Positions 20,867 to 32,095 of a stretch of 64,000 bases of DNA are shown here, in pieces. The notes beneath the pieces were generated by a model that saw nothing but the letters and a program-made list of their open reading frames with translations, did not search any database and had not been told where the DNA came from. Location: contig JANQOE010000004.1 in NCBI GenBank assembly GCA_028279245.1, positions 31,724-95,723 on the forward strand, in the 5' to 3' direction. The number at the start of each line of letters is the position of its first letter. Position 1 is the stretch's first letter. Both the position numbers and the translations under genes were made by a program. The stretch comes from Alphaproteobacteria bacterium (GTDB lineage: Bacteria > Pseudomonadota > Alphaproteobacteria > UBA6615).

Positions 20867-23056
20867 ATGTCTCCGCCAGACGGAAGAGATCAGAATCCCG
20901 CGTTGAAGGAAAAGGACGAGGATTTCGGTCAGGATACGCCGAACCGATTCATCAACCGGGAGCTGTCGTGGCTGGCGTTCAATGAGCGGGTGCTGGAAGA
21001 GGCGCTGAACCAACGGCATCCGCTGCTGGAGCGGGTGCGGTTCTTGTCGATTTCATCCTCGAACCTGGATGAATTCTACATGGTCCGGGTCGCCGGCCTG
21101 ATGGCGCAGGACGATGCAGGCGTCAAAACACCGAGCCAGGACGGCCTGTCGCCGAAGGAGCAGTTGCTGGCGATCAACGAGCGGGCGCGCCGCTTGTTGA
21201 CGGATCAGCACGAGATTTGGGCGGGGCTCAAGCAAGAGTTCCGGGCGGCCGGTATCGCTGTCTTGGGCGCCGATGAGCTAACGGAAACTGAGCGTGTTTG
21301 GCTCAGCGAGCATTTCCGCGCCACGATCTTTCCAGTGTTGACGCCGCTGGCGGTCGACCCTGCGCATCCGTTTCCGTTCATTCCTAATCTTGGGCAAGCC
21401 GTCGCGATGCAGCTGGTGCGGCCGAGCGACAGTCGCGAGATGATCGGCCTCTTGCCGATGCCCGGTCAGATTGACCGTTTCGTCCGCCTGCCTGGGGACG
21501 AGATACGTTTCATCAGGCTGGACCAGGTGGTGTCCCTGCATCTGGAAGAGCTGTTCCCCGGGTTCGAGTTGCGGGGTGCGGGTGCGTTTCGGGTGATCCG
21601 CGACAGTGAGGTCGAGATCGCAGAAGAGGCGGAGGATCTCGTGCGGGTGTTCGAGACCGCGCTGAAGCGGCGGCGGCGGGGCGACGTGATCCGGCTGACG
21701 GTCACCGCTGATATGCCGGCGGAGTTGCGGGAGTTCGTGACCAACGAGATCGGGGTCGAAGATGAGAACGTCTTCATCCTGCCCGGTCAGCTAGGTCTTG
21801 CTGATGTCGAAGAAGTCGTCAGGAACGGCCCGCGGGAACTGTTGTTCGAACCGTTTGACGCACGATTCCCGGAACGCATACGCGATTTCGGCGGCAACTG
21901 CTTTGCGGCCATCAAGGCGAAGGACATCGTCGTCCACCATCCGTTTGAATCGTTTGACGTCGTTGTCCAGTTCATCCGTCAGGCAGCGGCCGACCCAAAT
22001 GTCGTCGCGATTAAGCAGACGCTGTACCGGACGTCGGACGACTCGCCGATTATGAATGCGCTGATCGAAGCCGCCGAGTCTGGGAAATCGGTGACGGCGA
22101 TGGTCGAGCTCAAAGCGCGGTTCGATGAAGAAGCGAACATCCATTGGGCCCGCAAACTGGAGCGGGCGGGGGTGCAGGTCGTCTTCGGCTTTATCGACCT
22201 GAAAACGCACGCGAAGATCAGCCTGGTGGTGCGGAGGGAAGGGCGCGGCCTGACCTCCTACGCACACTTCGGGACCGGGAATTACCATCCAATCACCGCG
22301 AAGGTTTATACGGACCTCAGCTTCTTCACCTGTGATCTGGCGCTTTGCCAGGACGCGGCGCGGACCTTCAACTTCATGACCGGTTACGCCCGGCCCGAGG
22401 TGATGAACAAGGTCGCGGTCGCACCGCTCAGCCTCCGGCAGACGTTGGTGGGGCTGATCGATGCGGAAATCGAACACAAGCGCCAAGGGCGTCCGGCCCA
22501 GATCTGGGCGAAGCTCAACAACCTGGTGGATGGCGAGGTCATCGACGCCTTGTATCGGGCCTCCCAGTCGGGCGTTGAGATCGAACTCTGTGTTCGCGGC
22601 ATCTGCTGCCTAAGGCCGGGTGTCAGCGGGTTGAGCGAGCACATTCGTGTGCGGAGTCTGATCGGACGGTTCCTCGAGCACGCTCGCATCGTCGCCTTCG
22701 GGGCGGGGCACGGCTTGCCTTCGAAGGACGCGAAGCTGTTCATCTCTTCGGCTGACTGGATGCCACGCAATTTGGACCGCCGGGTTGAGCTCCTGGTACC
22801 GATCGAGAATGAAACGGTCCACGCGCAGTTGCTCGATCAAATCATGGTCGCCAACTTGAAAGACGCGGCGCAGACATGGACGTTGGCGCCGGATGGAGAG
22901 TACATCCGGGTCGCGACGGCAGACGATTCAAAGCCCTTCAGTGCGCAAGCGTATTTTATGACAAACCCCAGCCTGTCCGGCCGTGGACGCGCGTTGCAGC
23001 GCGATGACGAACGCGCGCCGCGATTGGTGTGGACGACCGGGGGGGACGGTCGCTAG
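20867..23056 (+). CDS. ppk1: Polyphosphate kinase 1
   Basis: [57 protein letters not shown]. Confidence 0.97.
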   Translation: MSPPDGRDQNPALKEKDEDFGQDTPNRFINRELSWLAFNERVLEEALNQRHPLLERVRFLSISSSNLDEFYMVRVAGLMAQDDAGVKTPSQDGLSPKEQLLAINERARRLLTDQHEIWAGLKQEFRAAGIAVLGADELTETERVWLSEHFRATIFPVLTPLAVDPAHPFPFIPNLGQAVAMQLVRPSDSREMIGLLPMPGQIDRFVRLPGDEIRFIRLDQVVSLHLEELFPGFELRGAGAFRVIRDSEVEIAEEAEDLVRVFETALKRRRRGDVIRLTVTADMPAELREFVTNEIGVEDENVFILPGQLGLADVEEVVRNGPRELLFEPFDARFPERIRDFGGNCFAAIKAKDIVVHHPFESFDVVVQFIRQAAADPNVVAIKQTLYRTSDDSPIMNALIEAAESGKSVTAMVELKARFDEEANIHWARKLERAGVQVVFGFIDLKTHAKISLVVRREGRGLTSYAHFGTGNYHPITAKVYTDLSFFTCDLALCQDAARTFNFMTGYARPEVMNKVAVAPLSLRQTLVGLIDAEIEHKRQGRPAQIWAKLNNLVDGEVIDALYRASQSGVEIELCVRGICCLRPGVSGLSEHIRVRSLIGRFLEHARIVAFGAGHGLPSKDAKLFISSADWMPRNLDRRVELLVPIENETVHAQLLDQIMVANLKDAAQTWTLAPDGEYIRVATADDSKPFSAQAYFMTNPSLSGRGRALQRDDERAPRLVWTTGGDGR

Positions 23057-23060
23057 GGGC

Positions 23061-24296
23061 TCAGTCTCCGGCGCTTGCGCCGTCGCGCCGTCGCCGTTTC
23101 CGCGGCTTGGGTTTTGCCGGTATCGCCGGCAGGTCTGCTGCGCCGGCGCCGTTGACTGGAACCAGATGCACATCGCCGCCACGGACGCTAAGGGCCGCCT
23201 TGCCCTGCTTCAGGCGCAGGGCGTCTTCGCCGAAAAGCTGACGGCGCCAGCCCTGCAAGGCCGGCACATCCTTGGCGCCGGCGGCCACTCGCTCCAAATC
23301 TTGGGTGTTGGCCACTAGTTTCTGCGCCACGCCGTGTTCCTCGCAGCGCTGCTTCAGCAAGACGCGCAGCAAATCCACCGTCGGGGCCAATCCCTTGGGC
23401 AGGCTCATCTGCTTCAGCGGTTGTGGACCCTCCTCAGGCGGCCGCTCCGTCGCAGCATTGATGGCGGCGAGCAGGGACTTGCCCAAGCGGCCCTCTGCAA
23501 ATCCTCGGGTCACGCCCCGTATTCTGGATAGCGCGGCCGCCTTGGTTGGCGGATGGGCGGCGATTTCTGTCAGGGCCTCGTCGCGGATCACCCGGTTCCG
23601 GGGGACATCCCGCCGCATGGCTTCATCTTCGCGCCAGGCGGCGACGGCTTGCAGAATAGTTAGGTAGCGCCGATCGGTGCTGCGCGGCTTGAGCCGTTGC
23701 CAGGCCGCCGTCGGATCGATCCTGTAGGCGTTGACGTCGGTCAGTAGCGCCAATTCCTCTTCCAGCCATCCAGCCCGGTCGGTCGCGGCCACGCGCTCGT
23801 TGAGCGCTTCGTACGCATCTCGGAGGTAGATGACGTCGCCGAGGGCATAATTCAGCTGCTTTGGCGTGAGGGGCCGGGCGGACCAGTCGGTGAAGCGGGA
23901 GGTCTTGTCGAGCCGGTGAGGGGTCAGTCGCGACACTAGCGTCTCGTAGCCGACCTGATCGCCGAAGCCGCAAACCATCGCCGCGATTTGCGTGTCGTAA
24001 AGAGGCGCCGGGATGCTGCCTGCCAGGTGGTAGAATATCTCGATATCCTGCCGGGCGCCGTGCATGACTTTGAGGACCCGCTTGTTCGCCAGGAGCCGCA
24101 AGACCGGGTCGAGGTCAATGCCCTCGGCCAGGGGGTCGATGGCAACCGCGTCCTTCGGGCCGGCCAGCTGGATCAGGCACAATTTCGGCCAAAACGTGCG
24201 TTCACGCATGAACTCCGTGTCGACCGTGACATATTCGCTGCGGGCAAGGCGCCGGCACAGGGAAGCGACGTCGGCGCTTTCTGTTATTAGGGTCAT
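23061..24296 (-). CDS. rnd: Ribonuclease D
   Basis: VDTEFMRERT, DTQIAA, TDWSARPL, YALGDV, HRDC domains, GWRR. Confidence 0.95.
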   Translation of the reverse strand: MTLITESADVASLCRRLARSEYVTVDTEFMRERTFWPKLCLIQLAGPKDAVAIDPLAEGIDLDPVLRLLANKRVLKVMHGARQDIEIFYHLAGSIPAPLYDTQIAAMVCGFGDQVGYETLVSRLTPHRLDKTSRFTDWSARPLTPKQLNYALGDVIYLRDAYEALNERVAATDRAGWLEEELALLTDVNAYRIDPTAAWQRLKPRSTDRRYLTILQAVAAWREDEAMRRDVPRNRVIRDEALTEIAAHPPTKAAALSRIRGVTRGFAEGRLGKSLLAAINAATERPPEEGPQPLKQMSLPKGLAPTVDLLRVLLKQRCEEHGVAQKLVANTQDLERVAAGAKDVPALQGWRRQLFGEDALRLKQGKAALSVRGGDVHLVPVNGAGAADLPAIPAKPKPRKRRRRDGASAGD

Positions 24297-24442
24297 TTGT
24301 TTTGGTTCTACACACAAAGCGGGGAGGGCGGAAGGCGGCGGGCCGCTCGCAATGGGCCTTTTTCGTCGGCTCGGTGGGCGTCTTGACAAGCTTGGGCAAC
24401 CATGCCCTTTGCCGCCGAGTTTTCGCGACTTGAGCTGTCCCC

Positions 24443-26245
24443 ATGCATCCCTTCCGTACGCACACCTGCAACGATCTCCGCACTGAACATGCCGGAGAGA
24501 CCGTCCGGCTATCCGGCTGGGTGCATCGGAAGCGCGACCATGGGCATCTGCTGTTTCTCGATCTACGCGACCATTTTGGCGTGACCCAGGTGGTCATCGA
24601 CACCTCGAGCCCGCTATTCGAGACCGCCGAGACGGCACGGCTTGAGTCGGTCCTGACAGTAAGCGGCAAGGTCGTTCTTCGTTCCGATGATACGATTAAC
24701 CCGCGTATTCCGACCGGTGAGGTTGAGGTTCAGATCGCGGAGATCGCGGTGGAATCGACCGCCGATCAGTTGCCGCTGCAGGTCAACTCCGACGAGGACT
24801 ATGGCGAGGAGATCCGGCTGCGGTACCGGTTTCTGGATCTGCGTCGGGACAAGATGCATCGGAACATCATGCTGCGGAGCCAGGTCATCACGTCCATTCG
24901 GCGGCGGATGACCGAGGCCGGTTTCACCGAGTTTCAGACGCCGATCCTCACGGCATCCAGCCCGGAAGGCGCCCGTGACTACCTGGTGCCCAGCCGCATC
25001 CATCCGGGCCGGTTCTATGCGCTGCCGCAGGCGCCGCAGCAGTTCAAGCAGTTGTTGATGGTGGCGGGCTTCGACCGGTATTTCCAGATCGCGCCCTGTT
25101 TTCGCGATGAAGACGCGCGGGCGGACCGCTCGCCCGGTGAGTTCTATCAGCTCGACTTCGAAATGAGCTTTGTCACGCAGGACGATGTTTTTGCGTCGAT
25201 TGAGCCGGTGTTGGCGGGCGTGTTCGAAGAATATGCAGGCTTCAACAAAGAGACCCCGTGGCGGGTTTCACCCGCTCCGTTTCGACGGATACCCTACGCC
25301 GAAGCGATGCTCAGGTATGGGAGCGACAAACCGGACCTCCGCAATCCGCTCGAGATCGCCGATGTGTCGGAGGTGTTTCGCGGGAGCGACTTCAAGATTT
25401 TTGCGAAGGGGGTCGAGGCGGGCAAGGTTGTGCGGGCTGTCCCCGCGCCCGGGGCGGCCGCTCAGCCGCGGAGCTGGTTCGACAAGCTCAATGACTGGGC
25501 ACGGCAGCAAGGCGCTCCCGGACTTGGCTATGTGGTGTTTGAAGACGGTGCGGCGAAAGGGCCCATCGCCAAGTTCCTGGACGCGGCAAGGCTTGACCGG
25601 CTCAAGCAGGAAACCGGTCTGGGGGATGGCGATGCCGTGTTCTTTGCGAGCGACAAGCCGAATGACGCGGCGCTGCTGGCCGGTGCCGCGCGGACTAGGA
25701 TCGGTGAAGACCTTGGTCTTGTCGATGAGGGACAGTTCCTGTTCTGCTGGATTGTCGACTATCCGATGTACGAGTTGGATGAGAAGACCGGCAAGATCGA
25801 GTTCAGCCACAATCCGTTCTCGATGCCCCAGGGCGGTTTGAAAGCGCTGCAGACTCAGGACCCGTTGAGCATCAAGGCATTCCAATACGATATCGTTTGC
25901 AACGGGGTGGAACTCAGTTCGGGTGCCATCCGGAACCATCGTCCGGACATCATGCTCAAAGCCTTTGAGATTGCGGGGTACTCGGCGGAGGAAGTGGAAA
26001 GCCAGTTCTCCGGCATGCTGCATGCTCTGCGATATGGGGCGCCGCCGCATGGCGGGGCGGCGCCGGGCATTGACCGGATCGTCATGTTGCTGGCGAATGA
26101 GCCCAATCTGCGGGAAGTGGTTGCGTTCCCCATGACGCAACGGGCGGAGGATCTGATGATGGGGGCACCGGCGGAGGTGTCGCCGGCGCATCTGCGCGAA
26201 CTCCAGCTTCGGCTGGTGGCGCCGCCGGGAACCTCCAAGGGCTAA
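24443..26245 (+). CDS. aspS: Aspartyl-tRNA synthetase (probably non-discriminating)
   Basis: [33 protein letters not shown]. Confidence 0.98.
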   Translation: MHPFRTHTCNDLRTEHAGETVRLSGWVHRKRDHGHLLFLDLRDHFGVTQVVIDTSSPLFETAETARLESVLTVSGKVVLRSDDTINPRIPTGEVEVQIAEIAVESTADQLPLQVNSDEDYGEEIRLRYRFLDLRRDKMHRNIMLRSQVITSIRRRMTEAGFTEFQTPILTASSPEGARDYLVPSRIHPGRFYALPQAPQQFKQLLMVAGFDRYFQIAPCFRDEDARADRSPGEFYQLDFEMSFVTQDDVFASIEPVLAGVFEEYAGFNKETPWRVSPAPFRRIPYAEAMLRYGSDKPDLRNPLEIADVSEVFRGSDFKIFAKGVEAGKVVRAVPAPGAAAQPRSWFDKLNDWARQQGAPGLGYVVFEDGAAKGPIAKFLDAARLDRLKQETGLGDGDAVFFASDKPNDAALLAGAARTRIGEDLGLVDEGQFLFCWIVDYPMYELDEKTGKIEFSHNPFSMPQGGLKALQTQDPLSIKAFQYDIVCNGVELSSGAIRNHRPDIMLKAFEIAGYSAEEVESQFSGMLHALRYGAPPHGGAAPGIDRIVMLLANEPNLREVVAFPMTQRAEDLMMGAPAEVSPAHLRELQLRLVAPPGTSKG

Positions 26246-26292
26246 GATACAGATTCAGGATTAGCCGCTTGGCTGTTGGCGCCGCTCGGTTT

Positions 26293-27192
26293 TCAGGCGA
26301 ATTGGGGCGCGATGCGGTAGTTCCGGGCAAGCCGCAGTTTGCCCAACAGCAGCAGGACGGTGCCGTTGTAGTCGATCAACCGGTTGAGGAAACCCTTACG
26401 CGGCAAATGCAGAATGCTGCACGGGTAGGCGTGGTGATGCCGATGGAAGGCTTCGCCCCCGGTGAGAAGCGCTAGGCCCCAGGTCACCCACTTCGGTACC
26501 TGCATGTGGCCGCAGACATTCACACCGATCGTCGTTGCATGAAAATGGACGCCTCTCGCCAGCACCACCGTCGCATGGATTAGGAGTGCCGGCACAATTC
26601 CACCGCCTAGGGCCAGCACAGCTCCGTAGCAACACAATGGTACTCCCAGGTGAACGAGGAGGGAGAGCAGGACATGGTGCTTGTCGGCAAAGGCGATGAC
26701 GCGGTTCTCGCGTAGCCAGCGGACCATGGGGCGCTGCATGTCCGCGGGGTCCCGCCACATAACCCAGCCGATCCAGGCCCAGAATCTGCCTTCCGCGGGA
26801 TTGTGCGGATCGCCGGGTCTGTCGGCAAAACGGTGGTGCTGGGCGTGATAGTTGACCCAGTCTTTGATCTTGCCCTGCATGGCCAGGATACAGTTCAAAC
26901 CGACGATGAGTTGGGCAATGGTCCGCAGTTCACCGGCCTTGTGCTGCCAAATGCGATGTAGAGGGCCGATGCCCTGATTGCACAGGAACAGTGTTGCCGC
27001 TCCGGCCGCCAATGCGATCGGCAGGTGCCACCATCGGATGGCGAGACTTGGCCAACCCAGTCCTATTCCCAAGGCAATAACCAGACCCAACAAACCCAGC
27101 GCGGGGTAGATCACTGCCGAGAAAACGCTGGGCCAGCTTAGACTAGCCCAGCTCTTCCTAATGAACGCTGCGCGGGGTGCGAGTTGAGCCAT
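26293..27192 (-). CDS. Membrane fatty acid (acyl-CoA, delta-9 type) desaturase family protein
   Basis: His boxes HRIWQH, HAQHH..D...DPH, NVCGH and HRHHH; hydrophobic spans. Confidence 0.8.
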   Translation of the reverse strand: MAQLAPRAAFIRKSWASLSWPSVFSAVIYPALGLLGLVIALGIGLGWPSLAIRWWHLPIALAAGAATLFLCNQGIGPLHRIWQHKAGELRTIAQLIVGLNCILAMQGKIKDWVNYHAQHHRFADRPGDPHNPAEGRFWAWIGWVMWRDPADMQRPMVRWLRENRVIAFADKHHVLLSLLVHLGVPLCCYGAVLALGGGIVPALLIHATVVLARGVHFHATTIGVNVCGHMQVPKWVTWGLALLTGGEAFHRHHHAYPCSILHLPRKGFLNRLIDYNGTVLLLLGKLRLARNYRIAPQFA

Positions 27193-27266
27193 GGCCCAAA
27201 TCTAGGTTGAGGCCCGCCGCCTTGCTACTTATTTGTTTGTTTGCCGGGAGTTAGCACGACTTCCGG

Positions 27267-27623
27267 TCAGGCTCCGCTGACCTCTACCTTGTTGGGAAAG
27301 AAGGCGAGATGGTTCTTGATCGCCGCGACTGCTGGATTCGGTGACTCGTATGTCCAAACAACATCTTTATCTGTTTGCCCGTTCACGACCAGACTGAAGT
27401 AACTGGCTTCGCCCTTGAATGGACAAACCGACGTTGTTGCCGATCTTTCAAGTAACTGCATGTCCGCGTCTTCTCGCGGCAGATAGAGCATAACCGGGTA
27501 GTCCGCCTCTTGTAGCGCCAACGCACGCGTGGTGCTCACGACAACTTGACCGTTCGCTCGAACCTCAACGCGGCTCGGATGTTCGGTAATGCTGATGGGG
27601 TGGTCTGGACCGGGTGTTCTCAT
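27267..27623 (-). CDS. DUF427 family protein
   Basis: YLPRED, CPFKGEASY, VWTYESP, HLAF. SD GGAG upstream. Confidence 0.9.
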   Translation of the reverse strand: MRTPGPDHPISITEHPSRVEVRANGQVVVSTTRALALQEADYPVMLYLPREDADMQLLERSATTSVCPFKGEASYFSLVVNGQTDKDVVWTYESPNPAVAAIKNHLAFFPNKVEVSGA

Positions 27624-27999
27624 GCACTCACTCCATGTTTGGTAGTGGCGGGAACATGCAGCAGGTTGTGCAGCGTGTCCACTACAACTTTAGGGGTTTG
27701 TCTTGCAATCCGAGTCAAGCCGCACGGCTTGGTGCTTCAGCGACTTGTTGTTTCGCTGCAATGCCAGCACCTCGCTGGAAGCTAGTGCAGGTTGGTGACT
27801 AAATGATGATGGGAGTCATCTTGCAGACACATATCTGCAATAAGAAGTACGCATGCCGCGTGGGTGATGTTCGGACCCGTCGCCGGAACAGATGCCGCGG
27901 TTAAGCTGACTGGGTCTGGTTAACTGCCAAACGTACGAACGATTCCGTACTTAGTATCGCGCCTTAACAGCTTTCTCACCATTCGTGCAGAAGCGTGGT

Positions 28000-28965
28000 T
28001 TAGGTAATTCGGTTCGGCGGCTCCTGTCCGGCAAAGTAAGCATCGATGTTATCGCAACATCTGAATCCCATGGCGTTTCGTGTTTCCAAGGTGGCGCTGC
28101 CCATGTGCGGCATCAGGAAAACGTTCTTCATCGCGATCAGTTCGGCCGGTACTTGAGGTTCTCGTTCAAAAACATCGAGGCCGGCCCCGCCAAGTTTGCC
28201 TGACTGCAGGGCCGCGATCAGCGCTGCTTCGTCAATGACCGGGCCGCGCGCGGTGTTCACGACAATCGCCCCGTCAGGTAGCCGGGCAATCCGTTCGGCG
28301 TTCAGCCAATGCTTCGTTTCGGCTGAAAGCGGGCAGTGCATGCTTAGAAAGTCGCAAACCGGCAACATCTCGTTCGCGTTGGCGTGATAGATGGCGCCCT
28401 GCTCGAGGTCGGCCGGGAGGCGTGTCCGGTTGTGGTAGTGGATCTCCATATCGAACCCGCGGGCACGTTTTGCCGTCGCTTGACCGATACGGCCCATGCC
28501 GACGATGCCGAGGCGCCGACCGGTCACCTTGGTGCCGAGCATCCAGGTCGGCGCCATGCCGGTCCAGCCGCCAGCGCGGAGGACGGCTTCGCACTCGTGG
28601 CCTCGGCGGGCGGTGGCGAGCAGCAGCATCATGGCAATATCGGCGGTGCAATCGTTCAACACCTCTGGCGTATTGCTGAAGATGACGCCGCGCTGCTTGG
28701 CGGCTTCCCGATCGATATGTTCGAAACCGACTGAGAAGGTGGCGACGATCTTCACGCTCTCCGGCAAACGCTGGATGACTTCGGCGGACATGCTTTCCGA
28801 GGGAAGAATGAGCAGCGCGTCGGCGCCTTCGGCCTTGGCCAATAAGGTCTCAGTGTCGTAAAGCTGATCGGTCGGGTTTAGCTCCACGTCATAGTCACGC
28901 TGCAAGCGTGCTTCGACCTCAGGTGGAAGTAGCCGAGTTACAAGGACTTTGGGTTTGTTAGGCAC
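28000..28965 (-). CDS. D-2-hydroxyacid dehydrogenase (glyoxylate/hydroxypyruvate reductase-like)
   Basis: SVGFEHID, GMGRIG, NTARG, GLDVFEREP, PHMGSAT. Confidence 0.93.
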   Translation of the reverse strand: MPNKPKVLVTRLLPPEVEARLQRDYDVELNPTDQLYDTETLLAKAEGADALLILPSESMSAEVIQRLPESVKIVATFSVGFEHIDREAAKQRGVIFSNTPEVLNDCTADIAMMLLLATARRGHECEAVLRAGGWTGMAPTWMLGTKVTGRRLGIVGMGRIGQATAKRARGFDMEIHYHNRTRLPADLEQGAIYHANANEMLPVCDFLSMHCPLSAETKHWLNAERIARLPDGAIVVNTARGPVIDEAALIAALQSGKLGGAGLDVFEREPQVPAELIAMKNVFLMPHMGSATLETRNAMGFRCCDNIDAYFAGQEPPNRIT

Positions 28966-29051
28966 TGCTTCTTTCCTTCTCTTTAGCCTCGGCTGGCGCG
29001 GCATAATGCCGGTGGACGTCTATGGCGGCAACCCGCGGGCAGGTGACCTTG

Positions 29052-29870
29052 ATGGATAGTATTGTTCGGGCGGCGCTGGTTTCGGCTCTGTTGGTGCCGG
29101 TCCCGATGGCGGCGGCTCAGGCGATCGACCTTGCCCCGCACAGGGCCTTTTACGAGTTGGGGTTGAGCCGGGCGGACATTGACTCTGGAGTTGCCGAGGC
29201 AACGGGCCGGCTGGTGGTTGACTGGAGTCAGTCATGCGATGGCTGGACAGTCGATCAACGGCTGGCGTTGATCGTCGTTCAACCGTCAGGCCAGTCCATC
29301 ACGACTGAGATCGTTTTCTCGAGTTTTGAATCGCTTGACGGACTGACTTACAGCTTCACCACAAAAACGACCCGGGATGGAACCGTGGTCGATGAGTTTC
29401 GCGGCGAGGCGGGTCGGGCCGATGTGGGCGAGGCGGTACGGGCGATCTATTCGGTTCCAACCGACACGCGACGTGAGTTGCCGGCGGACACGGTCTTTCC
29501 GATGGAGCATTTGCGCCTGCTGCTGGATGCCGCCATGAATGGGGAGAACCGCCTGTTCCGGCCGTTCTTCGATGGGCCGCGGCCGGACGAAAGCCCGTTT
29601 GATGCGAATGCACTCATTATAGGTGGCCCGAACGGCGCCGATAGCGGTGCGGCTGTCGGACTCCATGCGCTCACCGACCGCCCATGGTGGCCCGTGCAAA
29701 TTGCGTTCTTTCCGCACACCGGGCAGGCGGCGGAGCCGGACTTCGAACTCGCAGCCGACCTTCAGGACAATGGGGTGGTGCGGCGATATCTGTTCGACTA
29801 TGGCGCCTTTCAGGTCGGCGGTGATCTGTCGCGGATTGAGGCCGGCACGGTGCCGACCTGTAACGACTAG
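29052..29870 (+). CDS. EipB/DUF1849 family periplasmic envelope protein
   Basis: Signal peptide, LAPHRAFYEL, C-DGW, ES.DG, FPMEH, NGV, C-terminal Cys. Confidence 0.8.
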   Translation: MDSIVRAALVSALLVPVPMAAAQAIDLAPHRAFYELGLSRADIDSGVAEATGRLVVDWSQSCDGWTVDQRLALIVVQPSGQSITTEIVFSSFESLDGLTYSFTTKTTRDGTVVDEFRGEAGRADVGEAVRAIYSVPTDTRRELPADTVFPMEHLRLLLDAAMNGENRLFRPFFDGPRPDESPFDANALIIGGPNGADSGAAVGLHALTDRPWWPVQIAFFPHTGQAAEPDFELAADLQDNGVVRRYLFDYGAFQVGGDLSRIEAGTVPTCND

Positions 29871-31129
29871 GGTGTGCGCGGCCAACTCCGGCCCTTGCCG
29901 ATTGCGCCGGGGCCCAGCTTTTCGCGAACTTGGTCGATGGCTATCTCGACTTTCCGCCGCTGCTCAAGGTCTGGATCAGCCAGGTTCATCGGGTCGGCAC
30001 CGGTTGGCGGTGTGAGACCGGATACGCCCGCGCCGATGAGCCGGAACTGCGGGCCGGCGGCGACTTTGCGGAGCATCGGCAGCAGCGCCTGGTAGATGGT
30101 TTCGGCTAGCTGGGTCGGGGCCGGGAGCGTCTGGCTCCTGGTCAGGATCTTGAAGTCTGACGTCTTCAGCTTGAGCGCAACGGTGCTGCCCGCCAGTTGT
30201 TGGTGTTTCAGGCGGTCGGCAACCTTCTCACACAGCGGCCAGAGGCGGCGGGCCAACTCATCCGGGTCGCTGACATCATCGTCAAAGGTCGTTTCGTTGG
30301 AGATTGATTTAGCGCGTGAACTCGGTTTGACGGTGCGCACGTCATGGCCGCGTGCCAGGTGGAACAGCCGCTGGCCGATGCTGCCGTACCGCTTCATCAG
30401 CTCGGTCTCTTCGTGGCTGAGCAGATCGCCAATCAGGCCGATGCCGTCGGCTTGAAGCCGTGCGTGTAGTGCCTTGCCGACACCCCAGATGCGTCTGACC
30501 GGTTGGCTTGCAAGCAGCTCTTGGGTTTCGGCGCGGCCGATGACCTTGAAGCCCCGGGGCTTCTCCATGTCCGAGGCGAACTTCGCCAAGAACTTGTTGT
30601 GGCTTAGGCCAACCGATGCGGTCACGCCGATCTCGTTCTCGATCCGGCGGATGAGGTGGATGAGCGTCTTCGCTGGGCTGCCATGGTGGATACGCTCGGT
30701 GCCTGATAGGTCGAGGAACGCTTCGTCGATAGAAAGCGGTTCGACCAGGGGGCTTGCCGACAATAAGATGTCGCGGACCTCTCGGCCGACCGAGACGTAT
30801 TTCTGCATGTTCGGGGGAATGACGACCGCATCAGGGCAGGCCCGCCGTGCCTTAAACATGGGCATGGCCGAATGAACGCCCTTGATCCGAGCGAGGTAGC
30901 AGGCGGCGGACACGACGCCACGTTGGCCACCGCCGACGATGACCGGCCGGTCCCGTAGGCTCGGATCTTCGCGTTTCTCAACCGCGGCGTAAAAGGCGTC
31001 GCAGTCGATGTGGGCAATTGCCAGATCGTGTAGCTCCGGATGACGGAGCATTCGCGGGGATCCACACTGCGCACAGCGCCGGCTCGGCTTGGTGGCCTCG
31101 GCAGCGCAATCGCGGCAGATCGCCGGCAC
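29867..31129 (-). CDS. dinB: DNA polymerase IV with N-terminal Cys4 motif
   Basis: CRDC..CAQCGSPR, HIDCDAFYAAVE, SIDEAFLD, KSISNETTF. Confidence 0.95.
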   Translation of the reverse strand: MPAICRDCAAEATKPSRRCAQCGSPRMLRHPELHDLAIAHIDCDAFYAAVEKREDPSLRDRPVIVGGGQRGVVSAACYLARIKGVHSAMPMFKARRACPDAVVIPPNMQKYVSVGREVRDILLSASPLVEPLSIDEAFLDLSGTERIHHGSPAKTLIHLIRRIENEIGVTASVGLSHNKFLAKFASDMEKPRGFKVIGRAETQELLASQPVRRIWGVGKALHARLQADGIGLIGDLLSHEETELMKRYGSIGQRLFHLARGHDVRTVKPSSRAKSISNETTFDDDVSDPDELARRLWPLCEKVADRLKHQQLAGSTVALKLKTSDFKILTRSQTLPAPTQLAETIYQALLPMLRKVAAGPQFRLIGAGVSGLTPPTGADPMNLADPDLEQRRKVEIAIDQVREKLGPGAIGKGRSWPRTP

Positions 31130-31140
31130 TGACGGTCTTG

Positions 31141-32049
31141 CTAGGGCCGTTCGCTTGGGGGCCAGAGCCAGGCGGCGCCGCGGACGCCGCTCGAGTCCCC
31201 ATGGACCGGTGGCACCAATGGCGTATCGACATGATCGGAGAAGGCGTATTTCTGCCAGAGCTTGGGCACCTGGCGGTACAGCCGCCGGATGTTGCCCATG
31301 CCGCCGCCGAGGACGATCGCGTCCGGATCCAGGACGTTGACGATTGCGGCGAGGCCGCGTGCCAGGCGGTCCTCGTAGCGCTGCAGCGTTAGTTCGGCGG
31401 CCTCGTCGCCGGCTTCGGCGCGCTGGACAATCTCTTCGGCTGTTCGCTTCTCGCCGGTGGCGCGCTGATGGTCCCGTGCCATGCCGGGGCCGGAGAGAAA
31501 TGTCTCGATGCAGCCCTTCTTGCCGCAATAGCAGTCGGGGCCAGGTAACTCGTCAGGCGTCATCCATGGCAATGGGATATGGCCCCATTCGCCGGCTACC
31601 GCGTTCGGGCCGGTCAGGACGCGCTTGTTGATCGCGATGCCGCCGCCGGTTCCGGTGCCGACAATGACGCCGAAGACACAACCGGCATCCGCACCGGCCC
31701 CGTCCACCGCCTCTGACACGGCGAAACAATTGGCGTCGTTTTGGACCCGAACCTCCCGTTCCAGCTCGTGGCTGAGGTCCTTGTCGAGCGGCTTGCCGAT
31801 CAACCAGGTTGAGTTGGCGTTCTTGACAAGACCAGTCGCAGGGGAGATCGCACCCGGGATGCCGACGCCGACGGTGCCGCGTTCCTTGAGTTCGCGTTCG
31901 GCCCGCCGCACCAGCCCGACGATGGCGGCGACGGTGCCGTCATAATCGTCCTTCGGGGTGGCGATTCGCTCCCGATGGATCTCGCCGCCATTATCGGCGA
32001 GCGCGATGATTTCGATCTTGGTGCCGCCGAGATCTATGCCGATACGCAT
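31141..32049 (-). CDS. ROK family sugar kinase (fructokinase Mak-like)
   Basis: [38 protein letters not shown]. Confidence 0.92.
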   Translation of the reverse strand: MRIGIDLGGTKIEIIALADNGGEIHRERIATPKDDYDGTVAAIVGLVRRAERELKERGTVGVGIPGAISPATGLVKNANSTWLIGKPLDKDLSHELEREVRVQNDANCFAVSEAVDGAGADAGCVFGVIVGTGTGGGIAINKRVLTGPNAVAGEWGHIPLPWMTPDELPGPDCYCGKKGCIETFLSGPGMARDHQRATGEKRTAEEIVQRAEAGDEAAELTLQRYEDRLARGLAAIVNVLDPDAIVLGGGMGNIRRLYRQVPKLWQKYAFSDHVDTPLVPPVHGDSSGVRGAAWLWPPSERP

Positions 32050-32095
32050 GAACCTTTCCTCCGGCCGGTATACTGCCGCAGCCGGAGTCCGAGGG

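Noticed and set aside
27546..27802. Short plus-strand ORFs (79 and 62 aa) in the hairpin-rich intergenic region
   Set aside because: Atypical composition, overlap with the DUF427 start, and no SD.
27642..27950. Possible CRISPR-like array among the hairpins
   Set aside because: The hairpins differ in sequence; there are no direct repeats, regular spacers or cas genes.
31130..31528. 133-aa N-terminal extension of dinB in the ORF track (similar extensions for rsmA, holC, purN, plsY, DUF2066 and ppsA)
   Set aside because: These overlap upstream genes or promoters; family homology begins at the downstream starts used here.
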